In this document: positions 38,493 through 49,389 of the stretch, one piece after another | Layout of the letters: each line of letters begins with the position of its first letter | How positions within the stretch are numbered: position 1 is the stretch's first letter | NCBI GenBank assembly: GCA_963691875.1 | Contig: OY829846.1 | Coordinates: 3,744,001 to 3,808,000 of the forward strand | Source of the DNA: Aureliella sp. | GTDB taxonomy: Bacteria > Planctomycetota > Planctomycetia > Pirellulales > Pirellulaceae | DNA: 64,000 nt | Direction of reading: 5' to 3' | The notes under the pieces: generated by a model | Databases searched by the model: none | Seen by the model: the letters and a program-made list of their open reading frames with translations, nothing else | Told to the model about the DNA's origin: nothing | Translations under genes and position numbers: made by a program

Positions 38493-39635
38493 CTAACATC
38501 TCTTTCCCGTGCTCTCTTCCAGTGGAAAGTGTTCCTTCACCACACTAAAGAATTCTTCTGGCGTTTCCACCTTGGCAACGTGAGAACGAAAGTGCCTTGC
38601 CCCGAATTTTCCTTGGGCATAGCAGCACGCAAACTTACGCATGAGATGCGTGCCTTTCTGCACGCCAAATCGCTCCACCACGAGCTCGTAGTGTCGCAGC
38701 ATGCAGTCACGCTGTTCGACCAGAGAAGGATCCGGCGGGACAGGTTCTCTACGCAGTGCAGCAGCAGCTTGAGCGAACAGCCAAGGCCGACCCAATGCCG
38801 CTCGAGCAATCATCACGCCGTCGACGCGGTAATTCTCAAATGCATAGACGACCTTTTCAGCGCTATCCAGATCCCCATTACCAATGAGTGGGATATCGCG
38901 CAAGTGATCTTTGAGTTCGGCAATCTTCTCCCAGTCCGCCGATCCTTTGAAGTAATCCTCGGCAGTCCTACCATGCACAGTGAGAGCTGATGCTCCAGCT
39001 TCTTCGACGACTCGGGCCACCTCTGGTGCATTCGCGCTCTTACGGGTACACCCAAGTCGAATCTTAGCTGTGACCGGTGTTGGCGAGCAGGCTTCAACGA
39101 GCTTGCTGATGATCGCAAACATTCGACCGGGGTCACGCAGTAAGTAAGATCCGCTATGGGCTTTTTGGGTTACCTGTTTGACGGGGCAGCCAAAATTGAT
39201 ATCGACGACGCTGACACCGTACTCTTCGACCAGGCGTTTCCCCACCTTGGCCATGGTCTCGGGCTCGTTGTCCCAGATCTGAACGGCAAGTGGGCGCGCC
39301 TCGTTTTTGACACCCCACAGCCTATCAGGGTGTTCCGCTTCGTGTTCATCCAGCCAAACGAAGCCCCGAGCATTAACCATTTCAGTTGCTTGCAGGCCAA
39401 CACCGCCATAGTCACGAACGATCTGTCGATAGGCGTAGTTGGTAAAGCCCGCCATCGGAGCCTGCAGAATTGGCGGGTCAAGAGTCATATTGCCGATCTG
39501 GAGTGGCTTGATCTCACGTGTTAGGACAGTTGGGTTACGGCCGGGATTCTCCGCCTCAGAGGTTGAATGCTGTGCTGGCGTTTCGGCCGAGAGCTGTGGG
39601 GATTCTGATACGTTTAGAGTGGAGCGATTGACCAT
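38493..39635 (-). CDS. dusB: tRNA dihydrouridine synthase
   Basis: APMAGFT, DINFGCPV, VTAKIRLG, TVHGRT, GNGD, VMIARAALGRPW. Confidence 0.92.
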   Translation of the reverse strand: MVNRSTLNVSESPQLSAETPAQHSTSEAENPGRNPTVLTREIKPLQIGNMTLDPPILQAPMAGFTNYAYRQIVRDYGGVGLQATEMVNARGFVWLDEHEAEHPDRLWGVKNEARPLAVQIWDNEPETMAKVGKRLVEEYGVSVVDINFGCPVKQVTQKAHSGSYLLRDPGRMFAIISKLVEACSPTPVTAKIRLGCTRKSANAPEVARVVEEAGASALTVHGRTAEDYFKGSADWEKIAELKDHLRDIPLIGNGDLDSAEKVVYAFENYRVDGVMIARAALGRPWLFAQAAAALRREPVPPDPSLVEQRDCMLRHYELVVERFGVQKGTHLMRKFACCYAQGKFGARHFRSHVAKVETPEEFFSVVKEHFPLEESTGKRC

Positions 39636-39686
39636 GACTGTACATTCTGCCCTTCCGAGGGCTTTCTACATAGAAGGAGAAGGAAA

Positions 39687-39911
39687 GTGATATTCCCGTT
39701 TTCTTCACCCATGATGATACCGATCATAGCCAGCGTTGGCGTTTTTCTTTGGCTCATCATCCACTCCATTGTGGCTGGAGTCCAAGGAATCGTAAAGCAT
39801 CGAAACGAGCTAGAACTTAAGCAAACATTGGCTCAGCAAGGGATGAGCGCGAGCGAGATCGAGCGCGTCATTCAGGCAAGAAGTTTTCCAGAGGGTGGCT
39901 CGGATTCCTAG
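39687..39911 (+). CDS. small membrane protein
   Basis: One TM plus ELKQ.LAQQGMSA.EIERVI; AG-rich RBS-like sequence upstream. Confidence 0.6.
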   Translation: MIFPFSSPMMIPIIASVGVFLWLIIHSIVAGVQGIVKHRNELELKQTLAQQGMSASEIERVIQARSFPEGGSDS

Positions 39912-40050
39912 AGTCTGAGATTCTGACAGTTTAGAAATTCCGTTAGGCGACTGGCAGAACAGCCTCTATCAAGAGAAAGTGTTTTGCGACGACGCCGCTT
40001 GAAATCGAACTTGGACTGGCAGGTTCTGACTCGCCTTCCACCGTAGACAT

Positions 40051-42648
40051 CTACTCGGAGTCGATACGGCCAGCGTTACGAAGGTAGTCCTTGAGCTTTC
40101 GTTGCAGAAACGGCGAGCCCTGGAAGACCTCAGGCGGAAACTCATAGTGCTTCAAGATTCCATCTAGCAACCTGCCACCTTGGTAAGAGTTAAGTGATAG
40201 GCCAGCCAAGTATTGCAGCCTCAGGTTGATATCGGTGTTTATCTGTGCCCCCTTCATCCAGGAACGCATGTAAGGAGCATTTCCTGCGTAGGTGGCCAGC
40301 AGCTCTTCTACGTCCCCAAACCCAACTTCTTTGAGAGAATCACGCACCCGCTGGTGGTCTGGTCGCAAGAAACGCTTGTTGATCTCGTCTAGGTTGATCT
40401 GAGTTCCACCCACTTGGCCGAACAAGACTGCGTCGTATCCTTCTCCGGAGTAATCGTTTGTCCAAAGAATGCCCTGCGGAAACACCTCGAAGAAGGTTGT
40501 GATTACGCTCTTCAGCGTTTGTGGATCGCTTTCGTAAAGCGGCATCCACAGCGCCATGATGCCGCCCGGCTTTAGTCGCTCGCGACACATCTGGTAGTAC
40601 TCGACGGTGTTCAGCGTCGCGCAGCCTTTGACCCAGGGATCTATAGGGTCGGAGGTGATGATATCAAACTTCTTATCAGTGGTTCGAACATAGTGTCTGC
40701 CGTCATCAAAGTGAAGCTTCACACGGTTGCGATTCTCTTCGCCAACCACATTGTGGTTTACCTGGGCGAAGTATGGTGTCACCTGCGTAGGCACAAGTGG
40801 TTCGATATCGCAAATGGTTAAGCTCTTGACCTCGGGATGCGGAAGGAAGCTGCCAGCCGTAACACCAGCGCCGCAAGCGACCACAAGTACGTCTTCTGGG
40901 TTCTCGTGAATCAGTGCGGGCAAATGCCCAAGCATGCGTTGCAGGCGCATGTCTTCCGGATTGCTGGAAGCCTGAACTTTTCCACCACCATGAAACTTGC
41001 GGATGCCGTCGTTGTTCTGTGTTACTGCGACGCTAACATTGATGCCTTCGCCAGTCATGAGGCAAAACTCAGTTGGCTGCCCCGGCTTCGCCTCACCAGG
41101 GACAAATTGAGGTGCAATTACTTCAGGCGCTAGAAAGCGTTCGTTCTTGGCTGCGAAACGGCCATACGCAATTACACCCCAAGGAACTTCGGTAATGCTT
41201 GTTCCACATGCAAAAGTAAAAAACACTGCGAAGAAGGCTAGAAGAACCGGGTTGGGGCGACGTCTAGACGTCGGCGTCCGTACAAACAAAAACAGGCTGA
41301 GTAGAACGCTACAGAGGATCGTCACCAAAATAACGTACTGTGCCACCAAGGTGCCGCTGTTGGGGATGATCAAGATGCTAAAAGTCAAAGCACCAAGAAT
41401 GGCCCCCAAGGTGTTGGCCGCGTAAGTATTGCCAACCATTCGAGACGCATCACGCTTGCGAGTTGAGACTCCGTTGCCAGCGATGACTGCTAAGGTCAAT
41501 GGAAAACTCGCACCCCAAAGCACCGTTGCTGGCAATATGACAAACATGCAACGCGCGATATCGAATTGGAATGTAAACCAGATTTCCCCACCTGCAGTCG
41601 GATCTATCGGCCAATGAGGCAGAGAGCGAGCAATCATGTTGCTCGTCCAGCACACTGCGAGCAGGCTAAGTGATTGGCACCAGATCAGATTGCGCATCGG
41701 GTTCGGGCTAACTCGAGCCAGCAGCGAGCCGATGGAACTGCCAACTCCCAAGCCAAACAGGAAAACGGCAAGGATGATGGAGAAGGTGTAGACCGTACCG
41801 CCCATCAACAACGAAAGCAGCCGTGTCCAGATTACTTCACAGCCCAAGGCGGAAGCTCCCGAAAGGCCGATGATGGTCCAGAGAATGGCTTTCGACGATG
41901 TTGATGCTGGTGGAAGCTGCGAACCGATTCCTCCAGCTGAATCAAATCGATCGATCGCTTCGGGATCTTCACCGCGTTTCTTCGCTTCCTGTCTTTGAAC
42001 ACGTTTTGCTTTTACGGATCGAAGTGCAAGCCACCAGCCGATGCCAGCAACAAGGAAGTTGATCAACGCAGCACAGTAGGTTGCGATGCCCATATCGAAG
42101 ACTCGAAGCAAGTAAAAGCCGGCGAGTAAGCAGCCAAGTACTGCACCGGCAATGTTGCTGCCATAGAAAAATCCGAGCCACGAAACGCCACCTGGGCTCG
42201 CTTCCACCCAGCGACTGATCGCTGGCAGCGTCGCTCCCATCATCATGGTGGGAGGCAGCAGGCAAAGTGCGGCTACTATGGCTCTTTGGGCCACACCTGT
42301 ACTTCCACTGGCCATTGTGCTGTACAGCATTTCGATCAATGGCATGCACCACAAAATCAAGAGGCCGCAGATGGCGATGCCAAACTCCAACGCCGCATAA
42401 ACCTTGAGCGGGTGATAGCGTCGTTTTGTCAACCAAGGTTGGAGCAAGCTCCCAAGGCACATCCCGCCCATGAAGATCCCAAGCAGCACTCCCATCGATA
42501 CGGCAGTGGATCCAATCAGTAGTTGGAGCAACTGGAGCCATACGATCTCATAGATGAGCGCCGCACAGCCGCTGCCAACAAAAAGCAACAACAGTAGCGG
42601 GAGAGGACGATGGTCCTTGGGCGGAACAACTGGCAATGGCTTGTTCAT
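40051..42648 (-). CDS. fused MFS-like membrane domain / spermidine synthase-like SAM-binding protein
   Basis: SGCAALIYEIVW repeats, many TMs; VLVVACGAGVT, DDGRHYV, FDIITSDP. Confidence 0.88.
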   Translation of the reverse strand: MNKPLPVVPPKDHRPLPLLLLLFVGSGCAALIYEIVWLQLLQLLIGSTAVSMGVLLGIFMGGMCLGSLLQPWLTKRRYHPLKVYAALEFGIAICGLLILWCMPLIEMLYSTMASGSTGVAQRAIVAALCLLPPTMMMGATLPAISRWVEASPGGVSWLGFFYGSNIAGAVLGCLLAGFYLLRVFDMGIATYCAALINFLVAGIGWWLALRSVKAKRVQRQEAKKRGEDPEAIDRFDSAGGIGSQLPPASTSSKAILWTIIGLSGASALGCEVIWTRLLSLLMGGTVYTFSIILAVFLFGLGVGSSIGSLLARVSPNPMRNLIWCQSLSLLAVCWTSNMIARSLPHWPIDPTAGGEIWFTFQFDIARCMFVILPATVLWGASFPLTLAVIAGNGVSTRKRDASRMVGNTYAANTLGAILGALTFSILIIPNSGTLVAQYVILVTILCSVLLSLFLFVRTPTSRRRPNPVLLAFFAVFFTFACGTSITEVPWGVIAYGRFAAKNERFLAPEVIAPQFVPGEAKPGQPTEFCLMTGEGINVSVAVTQNNDGIRKFHGGGKVQASSNPEDMRLQRMLGHLPALIHENPEDVLVVACGAGVTAGSFLPHPEVKSLTICDIEPLVPTQVTPYFAQVNHNVVGEENRNRVKLHFDDGRHYVRTTDKKFDIITSDPIDPWVKGCATLNTVEYYQMCRERLKPGGIMALWMPLYESDPQTLKSVITTFFEVFPQGILWTNDYSGEGYDAVLFGQVGGTQINLDEINKRFLRPDHQRVRDSLKEVGFGDVEELLATYAGNAPYMRSWMKGAQINTDINLRLQYLAGLSLNSYQGGRLLDGILKHYEFPPEVFQGSPFLQRKLKDYLRNAGRIDSE

Positions 42649-42938
42649 GTGAAGCTATCGGTGGGATGGTCCAGCAGACGGGCCTATCATAACTAGCTCT
42701 CAATGATAATGCTGCGCTTGCACTCTCGGCAGATGCGAAGCTGCAATCCCGCCCAGTTCAAAACAACTATCGCCAAGTCAGCGTAAAAACTGCGGTTTTT
42801 CGACGGATAACGAGGCTGGCCGATTATCGCGGGTGAAGACGTTGAGGAACTTCATGGTGGCTTGGCGGCTCCGAACGGATCGAGGACAATTCTCGATCTG
42901 TTCCAACTGTGGATTTTGAGATTTACCTGGAGTTTTTG

Positions 42939-43883
42939 ATGCCGAGTTTTGCAATTGGGGTTCTGATCGCCTACTCAGCCGCGGTCGTGCTGGCATCGGT
43001 CTTGGGTGGAATGCTACCCGAGTGGATTCGCCTAACCCACAGCAGAATGCAGCTCATGATTAGCTTCGTGGGTGGTATCATGCTTGGCATCGGGATTTTC
43101 CACATGATTCCGCACGCCTTGCTGGCCACGGGCGGTTCGGTGACGGGTTCTGATATCGAGGCTGTAGTGAAGGGAGTCATGCTGGGACTTCTGGCGACTT
43201 TCTTCTTGCTTCGATTCTTTCAATTCCACCAGCAAGGCCCCGAGGATTTTGGATATCAAGGTGAAAAGCAAGGGTCAAACCCCCAAGCTACGGGTCGGTG
43301 TTCTGAGCACCCGCATCCATCCCACCCACATCATGATTGCGGACCGGCGAAGCATTCGCGTTGGCTATTGGTGCTGCTTGGGCTAGGCATGCACACTCTG
43401 ATGGATGGAATCGCTCTGGCTAGCGGAGTTTTCGTGGAGGCTGGTCATGCTCATTCGAGTTTGCCGCCCGGATTTGCGATCTTCTTGGCTGTGCTGCTGC
43501 ACAAGCCCTTAGATGCAGTTTCTGTCACTTCGTTGATGCAAGATGCAAGTTCTTTAAACCGACGCTTGCTGGTTAACGTCGGATTTGCATTGATGTGCCC
43601 GATCGGCGCACTGCTCTTCTTTGCTGGCGTCAGTTTCGGCGGCGAAGGCTTGGCGACCAGCATGGTTACTTGGGGCCTCGCTTTTTCCGCTGGTGTTTTT
43701 CTTTGCATAGCGCTTTCGGATCTTTTGCCTGAAATGGAATTCCACACTCACAACCGTATTCCACTGAGCCTTGCGTTGATTGCTGGAGTCTTGTCCGCCT
43801 ATGCGATCGGCCTACTGGAAGGTTCCGCTGCACACGCTCCGGAGTCTGAGGAGACATCAGCCCAACATGATCACAGTCACTAG
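42939..43883 (+). CDS. ZIP family metal transporter
   Basis: HTLMDGIAL, AVLLHKP.D, His-rich loop, SDLLPE. Confidence 0.88.
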   Translation: MPSFAIGVLIAYSAAVVLASVLGGMLPEWIRLTHSRMQLMISFVGGIMLGIGIFHMIPHALLATGGSVTGSDIEAVVKGVMLGLLATFFLLRFFQFHQQGPEDFGYQGEKQGSNPQATGRCSEHPHPSHPHHDCGPAKHSRWLLVLLGLGMHTLMDGIALASGVFVEAGHAHSSLPPGFAIFLAVLLHKPLDAVSVTSLMQDASSLNRRLLVNVGFALMCPIGALLFFAGVSFGGEGLATSMVTWGLAFSAGVFLCIALSDLLPEMEFHTHNRIPLSLALIAGVLSAYAIGLLEGSAAHAPESEETSAQHDHSH

Positions 43884-43958
43884 CCGTCAGACGACCGAAT
43901 AGACCGCTGGCCGTTCACGTTACCGGAGCAGATTTACGACGCGAGCACTGGTCAGCAC

Positions 43959-45242
43959 TTATTGAGTACCCGACTCCAACATCCTGGCACAGTTCAGCAG
44001 AGCGCGGCCGTTGTGGTAGGCGCCTTGCCACATGCTGGTTCGGACTTTCTTTCGCCCTACTGAGCCGTCTTCTTCCAATGTGTCCCACCAGCCGCCTTCT
44101 GGCGCAATGTGGTGATCCAGCGTGAACTCGAAGCAGCGATCAAAGATCTTGCGATACTTGTCTTCGCCCGTTAACTGATGCATGGTGAGCATGGCGACCA
44201 AAGCTTCGGTTTGAACCCACCAGATTTTGCGTCGGTCGTCGCTGGCCTTCCCAGGCTCTCCTGAACTATAGAAGCCGCCATTCTCTGTGTCGTAACCATG
44301 TTTGATTGCAAAATCGCAGATCCGACGGGCCCACCGATCGATGGACTCAATGCCTTCGAGTTCCTTCTGACCGAGTGACTCACAAGCATCCAGGACCAAC
44401 CAAGCACACTCTACGTCATGCCCATAGCTGGCTCGTTCATTTCGAGGCGTTGGAATCATCTCCCAGGAACGTGTCCAGCCATCGATGTTGCACGGGTATT
44501 CCGAATGCTTCACTCGAAAAACGTTGATTTGCACCAGTTCTCGTAACCGATCGGCAAGCAACTCGTTCTTGGTCTCGCGATACAATTGCGCGAAAGCTTC
44601 CAGGATATGGAGGTGAGAATTATAAGTTTTGGTATTGATGGCACCAACATAGCCCGATTCCTCAGGATCGGTAATCAATCTCCAATCGGCGTAGAAGAAC
44701 TCTTGGTACCCACCATGCTCAAGGTCGTATGCGTGTTTCTCAAGCGTCCGAAAAAGTTGCTGAGCTTTCCCCAGTGCCTCTTCCTGTCCTGTGGCTCGGT
44801 AGTACTCCACCAAGCCGTAGATGACAAAGGCATTGGGATAAACGTGTTTGCGAGTGTCGACTGCGTCGCCTGCCGCGGAGACTTTCGCAAAATAGCCGCC
44901 ATTCTTTGCGTCGAAGAAATTCTCGGTAAGAAACTCATAGCCTGAATGAGCCGCAGCTAATGACTCTTCCCGTCGAATGTCCTTTACGGCTAGCGTACTA
45001 AAGAACCAGAGCTGTCGCGCCTGCAGCGTCAGAAACTTGTCGCTGGGAGCGAAATTCCCTTTAGCATCAAGTATTTCAAAGTAGCCACCATGCTTTGGGT
45101 CTACCGACGGCAGGTAGAAGTCGATGAGCGTACTCTCGAGTACTTGAAGGCAGCGTTTGGCATCGTTGAACTGAGCCCAACAGGGTATGAAGCTGGACTG
45201 AAGGAAGACAAACATCAACGTGGTGACTACAAAACGTCTCAT
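43959..45242 (-). CDS. AGE-family epimerase (cellobiose 2-epimerase-like), with signal peptide
   Basis: QARQLWFFS, NSHLHILEA, SYGHDVE, KIWWVQTE, YHNGRA. Confidence 0.87.
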   Translation of the reverse strand: MRRFVVTTLMFVFLQSSFIPCWAQFNDAKRCLQVLESTLIDFYLPSVDPKHGGYFEILDAKGNFAPSDKFLTLQARQLWFFSTLAVKDIRREESLAAAHSGYEFLTENFFDAKNGGYFAKVSAAGDAVDTRKHVYPNAFVIYGLVEYYRATGQEEALGKAQQLFRTLEKHAYDLEHGGYQEFFYADWRLITDPEESGYVGAINTKTYNSHLHILEAFAQLYRETKNELLADRLRELVQINVFRVKHSEYPCNIDGWTRSWEMIPTPRNERASYGHDVECAWLVLDACESLGQKELEGIESIDRWARRICDFAIKHGYDTENGGFYSSGEPGKASDDRRKIWWVQTEALVAMLTMHQLTGEDKYRKIFDRCFEFTLDHHIAPEGGWWDTLEEDGSVGRKKVRTSMWQGAYHNGRALLNCARMLESGTQ

Positions 45243-45254
45243 TTGATCTTACTT

Positions 45255-46589
45255 TCAAGTTACTGCTGAAGTGAGCCTTGGCACGACATACGGCCCTTCG
45301 GGAATTACAGCAATTCTAGCTTGCGGGTTCGATCGCCAAAGATCCGCTAAGGTTCGATTGAGATCATCGGTGCAATGAACGCCAGTGAGAGCTTGCTCTT
45401 CGCTAGACAGTCCACTAGCGTAGAGATGAACACGACCAATTGCCTGAGGTTTGAGTTGCATCTGGGTTTGCCACTCGTCGATATTGGCGTGTGGTTTTTG
45501 CAGGATCTCTTGCAGGAATGCTTCAGGGCCCTGAGCGACCAGTCGCCTTTGGGCCTCAACGTATTCAGGTGAACCCATACCCTCTGAACACTCAGATGCG
45601 ATGATAAGATCTCCACCCTGCCTGAGAATCTCCATCGCGCCAACCATGCCTTTGACGGTTTGATAGTAAGTCTTGTCGAGCGGATAACCTGCAGCTGTAC
45701 TGACAACGATATCGAATGGTTTGTCGACCGGAAGCTCACAGTAGGTCGTCGCAAACGCTACGGCCTCTTGGTGACTGGAGATGATTTCACCAAAAGTTAT
45801 CTGCGCTACGCTTCGGTGCTCGTCTAAAACAGTGTTCAACCCAAGTGTGTTCTTAAAACGCGAACCGAAACCTCCATTATTCTGAGTCCAGGCATCCAGC
45901 ATTCGAATGATCTGAAGCTGCTCTTCATGCAATGGGTTCCGCAGTAGATTGCAATTACGCGTCGCCGGATCAGCCATGAATCGTGCGCTATGAAAGGTTG
46001 TAATCGTCTCTGAGTGAGCCAGTCCCGGTGCAACGACTTTGCGCCCACCCGAATACCCTGCCATGAAGTGAGGCTCGACCAATCCGGTTGCAATTCGAAG
46101 GTCCGCCTCAACAAAACGACGATCCAGGCTGACAACCGTCTCTCGAGTTGCGGTTTTGCCAAGCCAGACATGCTCGGCATCGCAGCGGGCATCATGGTTG
46201 TAGATTGTGATGTTGTCCAACACCCACTCGTCTCCGATCAACTCCGCAAGCTCTTCGCCTTCGTTCGGCCGATGCAAGCCTGTTGCAACAACAATGGAAA
46301 TTCTATCCCGCGGAATGCCTCCAGACTCGAGCTGTTGGACCAAGGGCCGCAGAAGCAATGAATGCGGCACCGGCCTAGTGATGTCGCAGATCGCAATGCA
46401 AGCACTGCTGCAGCCTTGTGCGCATTCGGCGAGCGGCGGGGTGCCATTGCAGTTCTGGAATGAGTCAGTCAAGGACGCTATCGGATCTTCAAGCAACGGC
46501 ATCTGTGGCTTGCGCAGAATGGTTGCATCGCAGCCCTTGGGCAGTTTCAGACTGTAGCCGTTCTTCCCGTAGTGGAGTTCAATGCCCAT
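45255..46589 (-). CDS. larA: nickel-pincer-dependent racemase/epimerase, LarA family
   Basis: DITRPVP, ATGLHR, NHDA, EPHFMAGYSGGRK, YQTVKG. Confidence 0.85.
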   Translation of the reverse strand: MGIELHYGKNGYSLKLPKGCDATILRKPQMPLLEDPIASLTDSFQNCNGTPPLAECAQGCSSACIAICDITRPVPHSLLLRPLVQQLESGGIPRDRISIVVATGLHRPNEGEELAELIGDEWVLDNITIYNHDARCDAEHVWLGKTATRETVVSLDRRFVEADLRIATGLVEPHFMAGYSGGRKVVAPGLAHSETITTFHSARFMADPATRNCNLLRNPLHEEQLQIIRMLDAWTQNNGGFGSRFKNTLGLNTVLDEHRSVAQITFGEIISSHQEAVAFATTYCELPVDKPFDIVVSTAAGYPLDKTYYQTVKGMVGAMEILRQGGDLIIASECSEGMGSPEYVEAQRRLVAQGPEAFLQEILQKPHANIDEWQTQMQLKPQAIGRVHLYASGLSSEEQALTGVHCTDDLNRTLADLWRSNPQARIAVIPEGPYVVPRLTSAVT

Positions 46590-46603
46590 GAATGACGACT
46601 GTG

Positions 46604-49171
46604 CTACTGGCCAATCGGGCTGCCAGGCGGCAATTCGGCAGCAGGATTGTAGTTGCGGGATGGATAGGGTCGCTCAAGAAAGCTATTGATTTCTGTTGCG
46701 AGAGCAATCCAGAGAGCTACATCGTGCTTCTGACCACCTTGATTTACCTTTCGCGATAAGGTGTTCTGCAATTCATGCAGCTCCAGACGAGCAAGGTGTC
46801 GAGCGTCCGCTGTAGCTTGATTCGACTGACTAAGCTCCATAAGCTTGTCAACAAATACTCTCCAGACAATGCGGCGAGCCTCGCCCTCCTGAGGAGTGAT
46901 CGATTCTGCTGGCCCTGGAGTCGAGTGCTTGACAATCCGCTTAATGACCTCGCTCAGTCCAAGCTGCTCGAATTCGGTACCACTTCGGGCCAATCGCGAT
47001 GCACGTTGAGGTTGCAAGAGATTGCCAAGAGTCAGCTCGGCGGCGGCTTGCATGGCCGAACCAGGATCAAAAATCGGGCCAGTCCGCGAACTGAAACGCT
47101 CGTTATCACTGATAGAAGAACCTGTCCGAGGTGGAATGGAATTGAGAATCGAGTTGGGAATCGCCAGTGCCGCGGGCGATATCGTCGTCAGTAACACCTC
47201 CAACGCAGCGCGTTGCCGGTCTTGTGCAATCGGCGACTGAATCGTTTGGCCATCGCCAGCAAACGCATAACTGTATTCATAGCCGCCGAGCACCTTAGCG
47301 GTTGCATCAACTTGGAATCGGTGATGTAGGTACACGGGAACAAAAGCTTTTTCCAAGTCGGCGAGAGGTTGCTCAGGATGTAAAACGGACGCGTCAAAAT
47401 TTTCTATCGCGATCTTCCGCACATTCATTTCATGCTCAAGCGCCGCAACGGGATCGCCTCCATTATCCCACAGATTGCCATAGGGCTGAGCAGCGCCGGC
47501 TGGCCGAGCATCTGCATCCGTAATGTACTTGTAGCCTTTTTCGAGCGACCACTGAATTAGCTTCTCAAGCTCCTCCGACTCGTTGGCCTCAGGTGGGAAC
47601 TGTGAATAAGAATACTGCACAGCGAACTTATCCCACTCTCCTATTCCCACGCCGTAGGCATCACTTAGATCAATCTCACCATCCACAATCTTCGCTCTTG
47701 GCGAAGGGTAATCCATGACCGAGGCGCGATCGCCATAAGTGCTCGCCGCAAAATTATGGGCAAACCCTAATGTGTGACCGACTTCGTGCGCCGAAAGCTG
47801 CCGGATACGAGCCAAGGCAACTTCGGTGTCAGAGAGCTGTGGATCGAGCTGCGACAAGTAGGCTTCGCTCGGCAGGCATCCCATTCCGCAAGCACACCCA
47901 CGGGCACCAGAGCGAGTGCTAGCGGTACCCTGTCTGCCGCGCAATCCGCTAAAGAGCAAATGATCTTGCCGGACTCGCAAAGAGCCGAGCAGCACGTGGC
48001 CTTTGATGATCTCGCCGGTTCGCGGGTCGGTAAAGGATTGTCCGTAGGACCAGCCTCGCGTCGCACGATGCACCCATTGGATCACGTTATAACGAACGTC
48101 CATAGGGTCGGCATCTTCTGGCAGCATTTTGACTTGATAGGCATCGATGAAGCCAGCCGATTCAAAGGCTTCGTTCCACCAGCGGGCGCCTTCGAGCAGT
48201 GCGGAGCGCACGGGCTCCGGTGCACCTGGATCCAGGTAGTACACAATCGGCTTCTTAACTGGACTCCTCGCGGCTGTCGGATCTGTTTTCTCCAGGCGGT
48301 GCCGAGTGACCCAACGTTTCTCAAGAGGTTCTTCGATGGCTGAGGCGTAATCAGAAAAGCTCATCGCAAAGCTACCCACACGCGGATCCCACTTCCTTGG
48401 CGAGTACCCCAGCTCGGGAAGTCTCACGAAGGAGTGGTGCTGGCGAAGCGTAATGGACTTTCCATCCGGCGCTGTCCGATTGGCCAGCCTACCAGGCTTC
48501 TTCGACGAGAAGGTCAATGCAACTTCGAACTCGCTGTTCAGTGGAAATGCCTTGGTGCGTGGCAGATGCACAAAGCTTCTTTCCTTGTCCAACGAAAAGC
48601 TTCCTTGATCAGTTGAGGATAGCGTTCCAACGCAATCGTGTGCGTCGCGAAGCAGGAAGCCTGTCAGGTCGACAAGGAGACCTTGGTCACTCTTCTTAAG
48701 CCTGCCAGACCAGAGCACTGACGAGGCGAAAGAATCACGCACAGCCTGTCTCTCGGAAGGCTCTTGCGAGCCCAATGCGCGGAACTTCGTATTCTCTTGA
48801 ATGAGATAAACAGATTGCCCAACGCGCCTGAAGTGAACCAGTCGCTCGGCACCGAGCTGCCCTCGGTCTAGCCCAACGGGATTCGACCCCAGCCCCGTCG
48901 CGAGCGAGCTGGTGTAGAGAAACGAATCGGACGCAACATCTTGATCATCGCCTGCTAGACTGAGCCATATTTTCCCCTCCGCATCATCCCAGTAGAAGTC
49001 ATAGAACCCTTCGTAGCGTTGGAACTTTGATGTGTCGAGAAGCTTACTCTCATCCGCCCGGGTGGAGGCAAGAAACACCGTTGCGCCAATCATTAGGCAT
49101 GAAATAACCTTTGTTCCCCGCGCGGAAAATAAAGACCCTTGAAATAAACGAGACATGCGATGCGACAACAT
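46604..49171 (-). CDS. secreted zinc metalloprotease (EcxA-like/DUF4953)
   Basis: HEVGHTLGFAHN, SVMDYP Met-turn, DPRTGEIIKG. Confidence 0.88.
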   Translation of the reverse strand: MLSHRMSRLFQGSLFSARGTKVISCLMIGATVFLASTRADESKLLDTSKFQRYEGFYDFYWDDAEGKIWLSLAGDDQDVASDSFLYTSSLATGLGSNPVGLDRGQLGAERLVHFRRVGQSVYLIQENTKFRALGSQEPSERQAVRDSFASSVLWSGRLKKSDQGLLVDLTGFLLRDAHDCVGTLSSTDQGSFSLDKERSFVHLPRTKAFPLNSEFEVALTFSSKKPGRLANRTAPDGKSITLRQHHSFVRLPELGYSPRKWDPRVGSFAMSFSDYASAIEEPLEKRWVTRHRLEKTDPTAARSPVKKPIVYYLDPGAPEPVRSALLEGARWWNEAFESAGFIDAYQVKMLPEDADPMDVRYNVIQWVHRATRGWSYGQSFTDPRTGEIIKGHVLLGSLRVRQDHLLFSGLRGRQGTASTRSGARGCACGMGCLPSEAYLSQLDPQLSDTEVALARIRQLSAHEVGHTLGFAHNFAASTYGDRASVMDYPSPRAKIVDGEIDLSDAYGVGIGEWDKFAVQYSYSQFPPEANESEELEKLIQWSLEKGYKYITDADARPAGAAQPYGNLWDNGGDPVAALEHEMNVRKIAIENFDASVLHPEQPLADLEKAFVPVYLHHRFQVDATAKVLGGYEYSYAFAGDGQTIQSPIAQDRQRAALEVLLTTISPAALAIPNSILNSIPPRTGSSISDNERFSSRTGPIFDPGSAMQAAAELTLGNLLQPQRASRLARSGTEFEQLGLSEVIKRIVKHSTPGPAESITPQEGEARRIVWRVFVDKLMELSQSNQATADARHLARLELHELQNTLSRKVNQGGQKHDVALWIALATEINSFLERPYPSRNYNPAAELPPGSPIGQ

Positions 49172-49389
49172 ATAACGACTCCATGAATAAAACTGGAGCC
49201 CGCATTCTAGCCGATCATCTGCAACGCGTAATTGGCCGTAGAAATGTGCCTCGGTTACATCTGGCTAAGGTACTTCCCTTGCTGTCCCGATTTGTTGCAA
49301 GCGTTCTTGTAGACCTTTCTCATCTCCTTCTCTTGCACGAGCTGCTCATTCATGGAGTCAATCTCGTCGTAAGTTTGTACGATGCTAGG

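Noticed and set aside
42686..42712. Fur/Zur-like site upstream of ZIP transporter (TCTCAATGATAATG)
   Set aside because: Only half-site matches, no convincing palindrome
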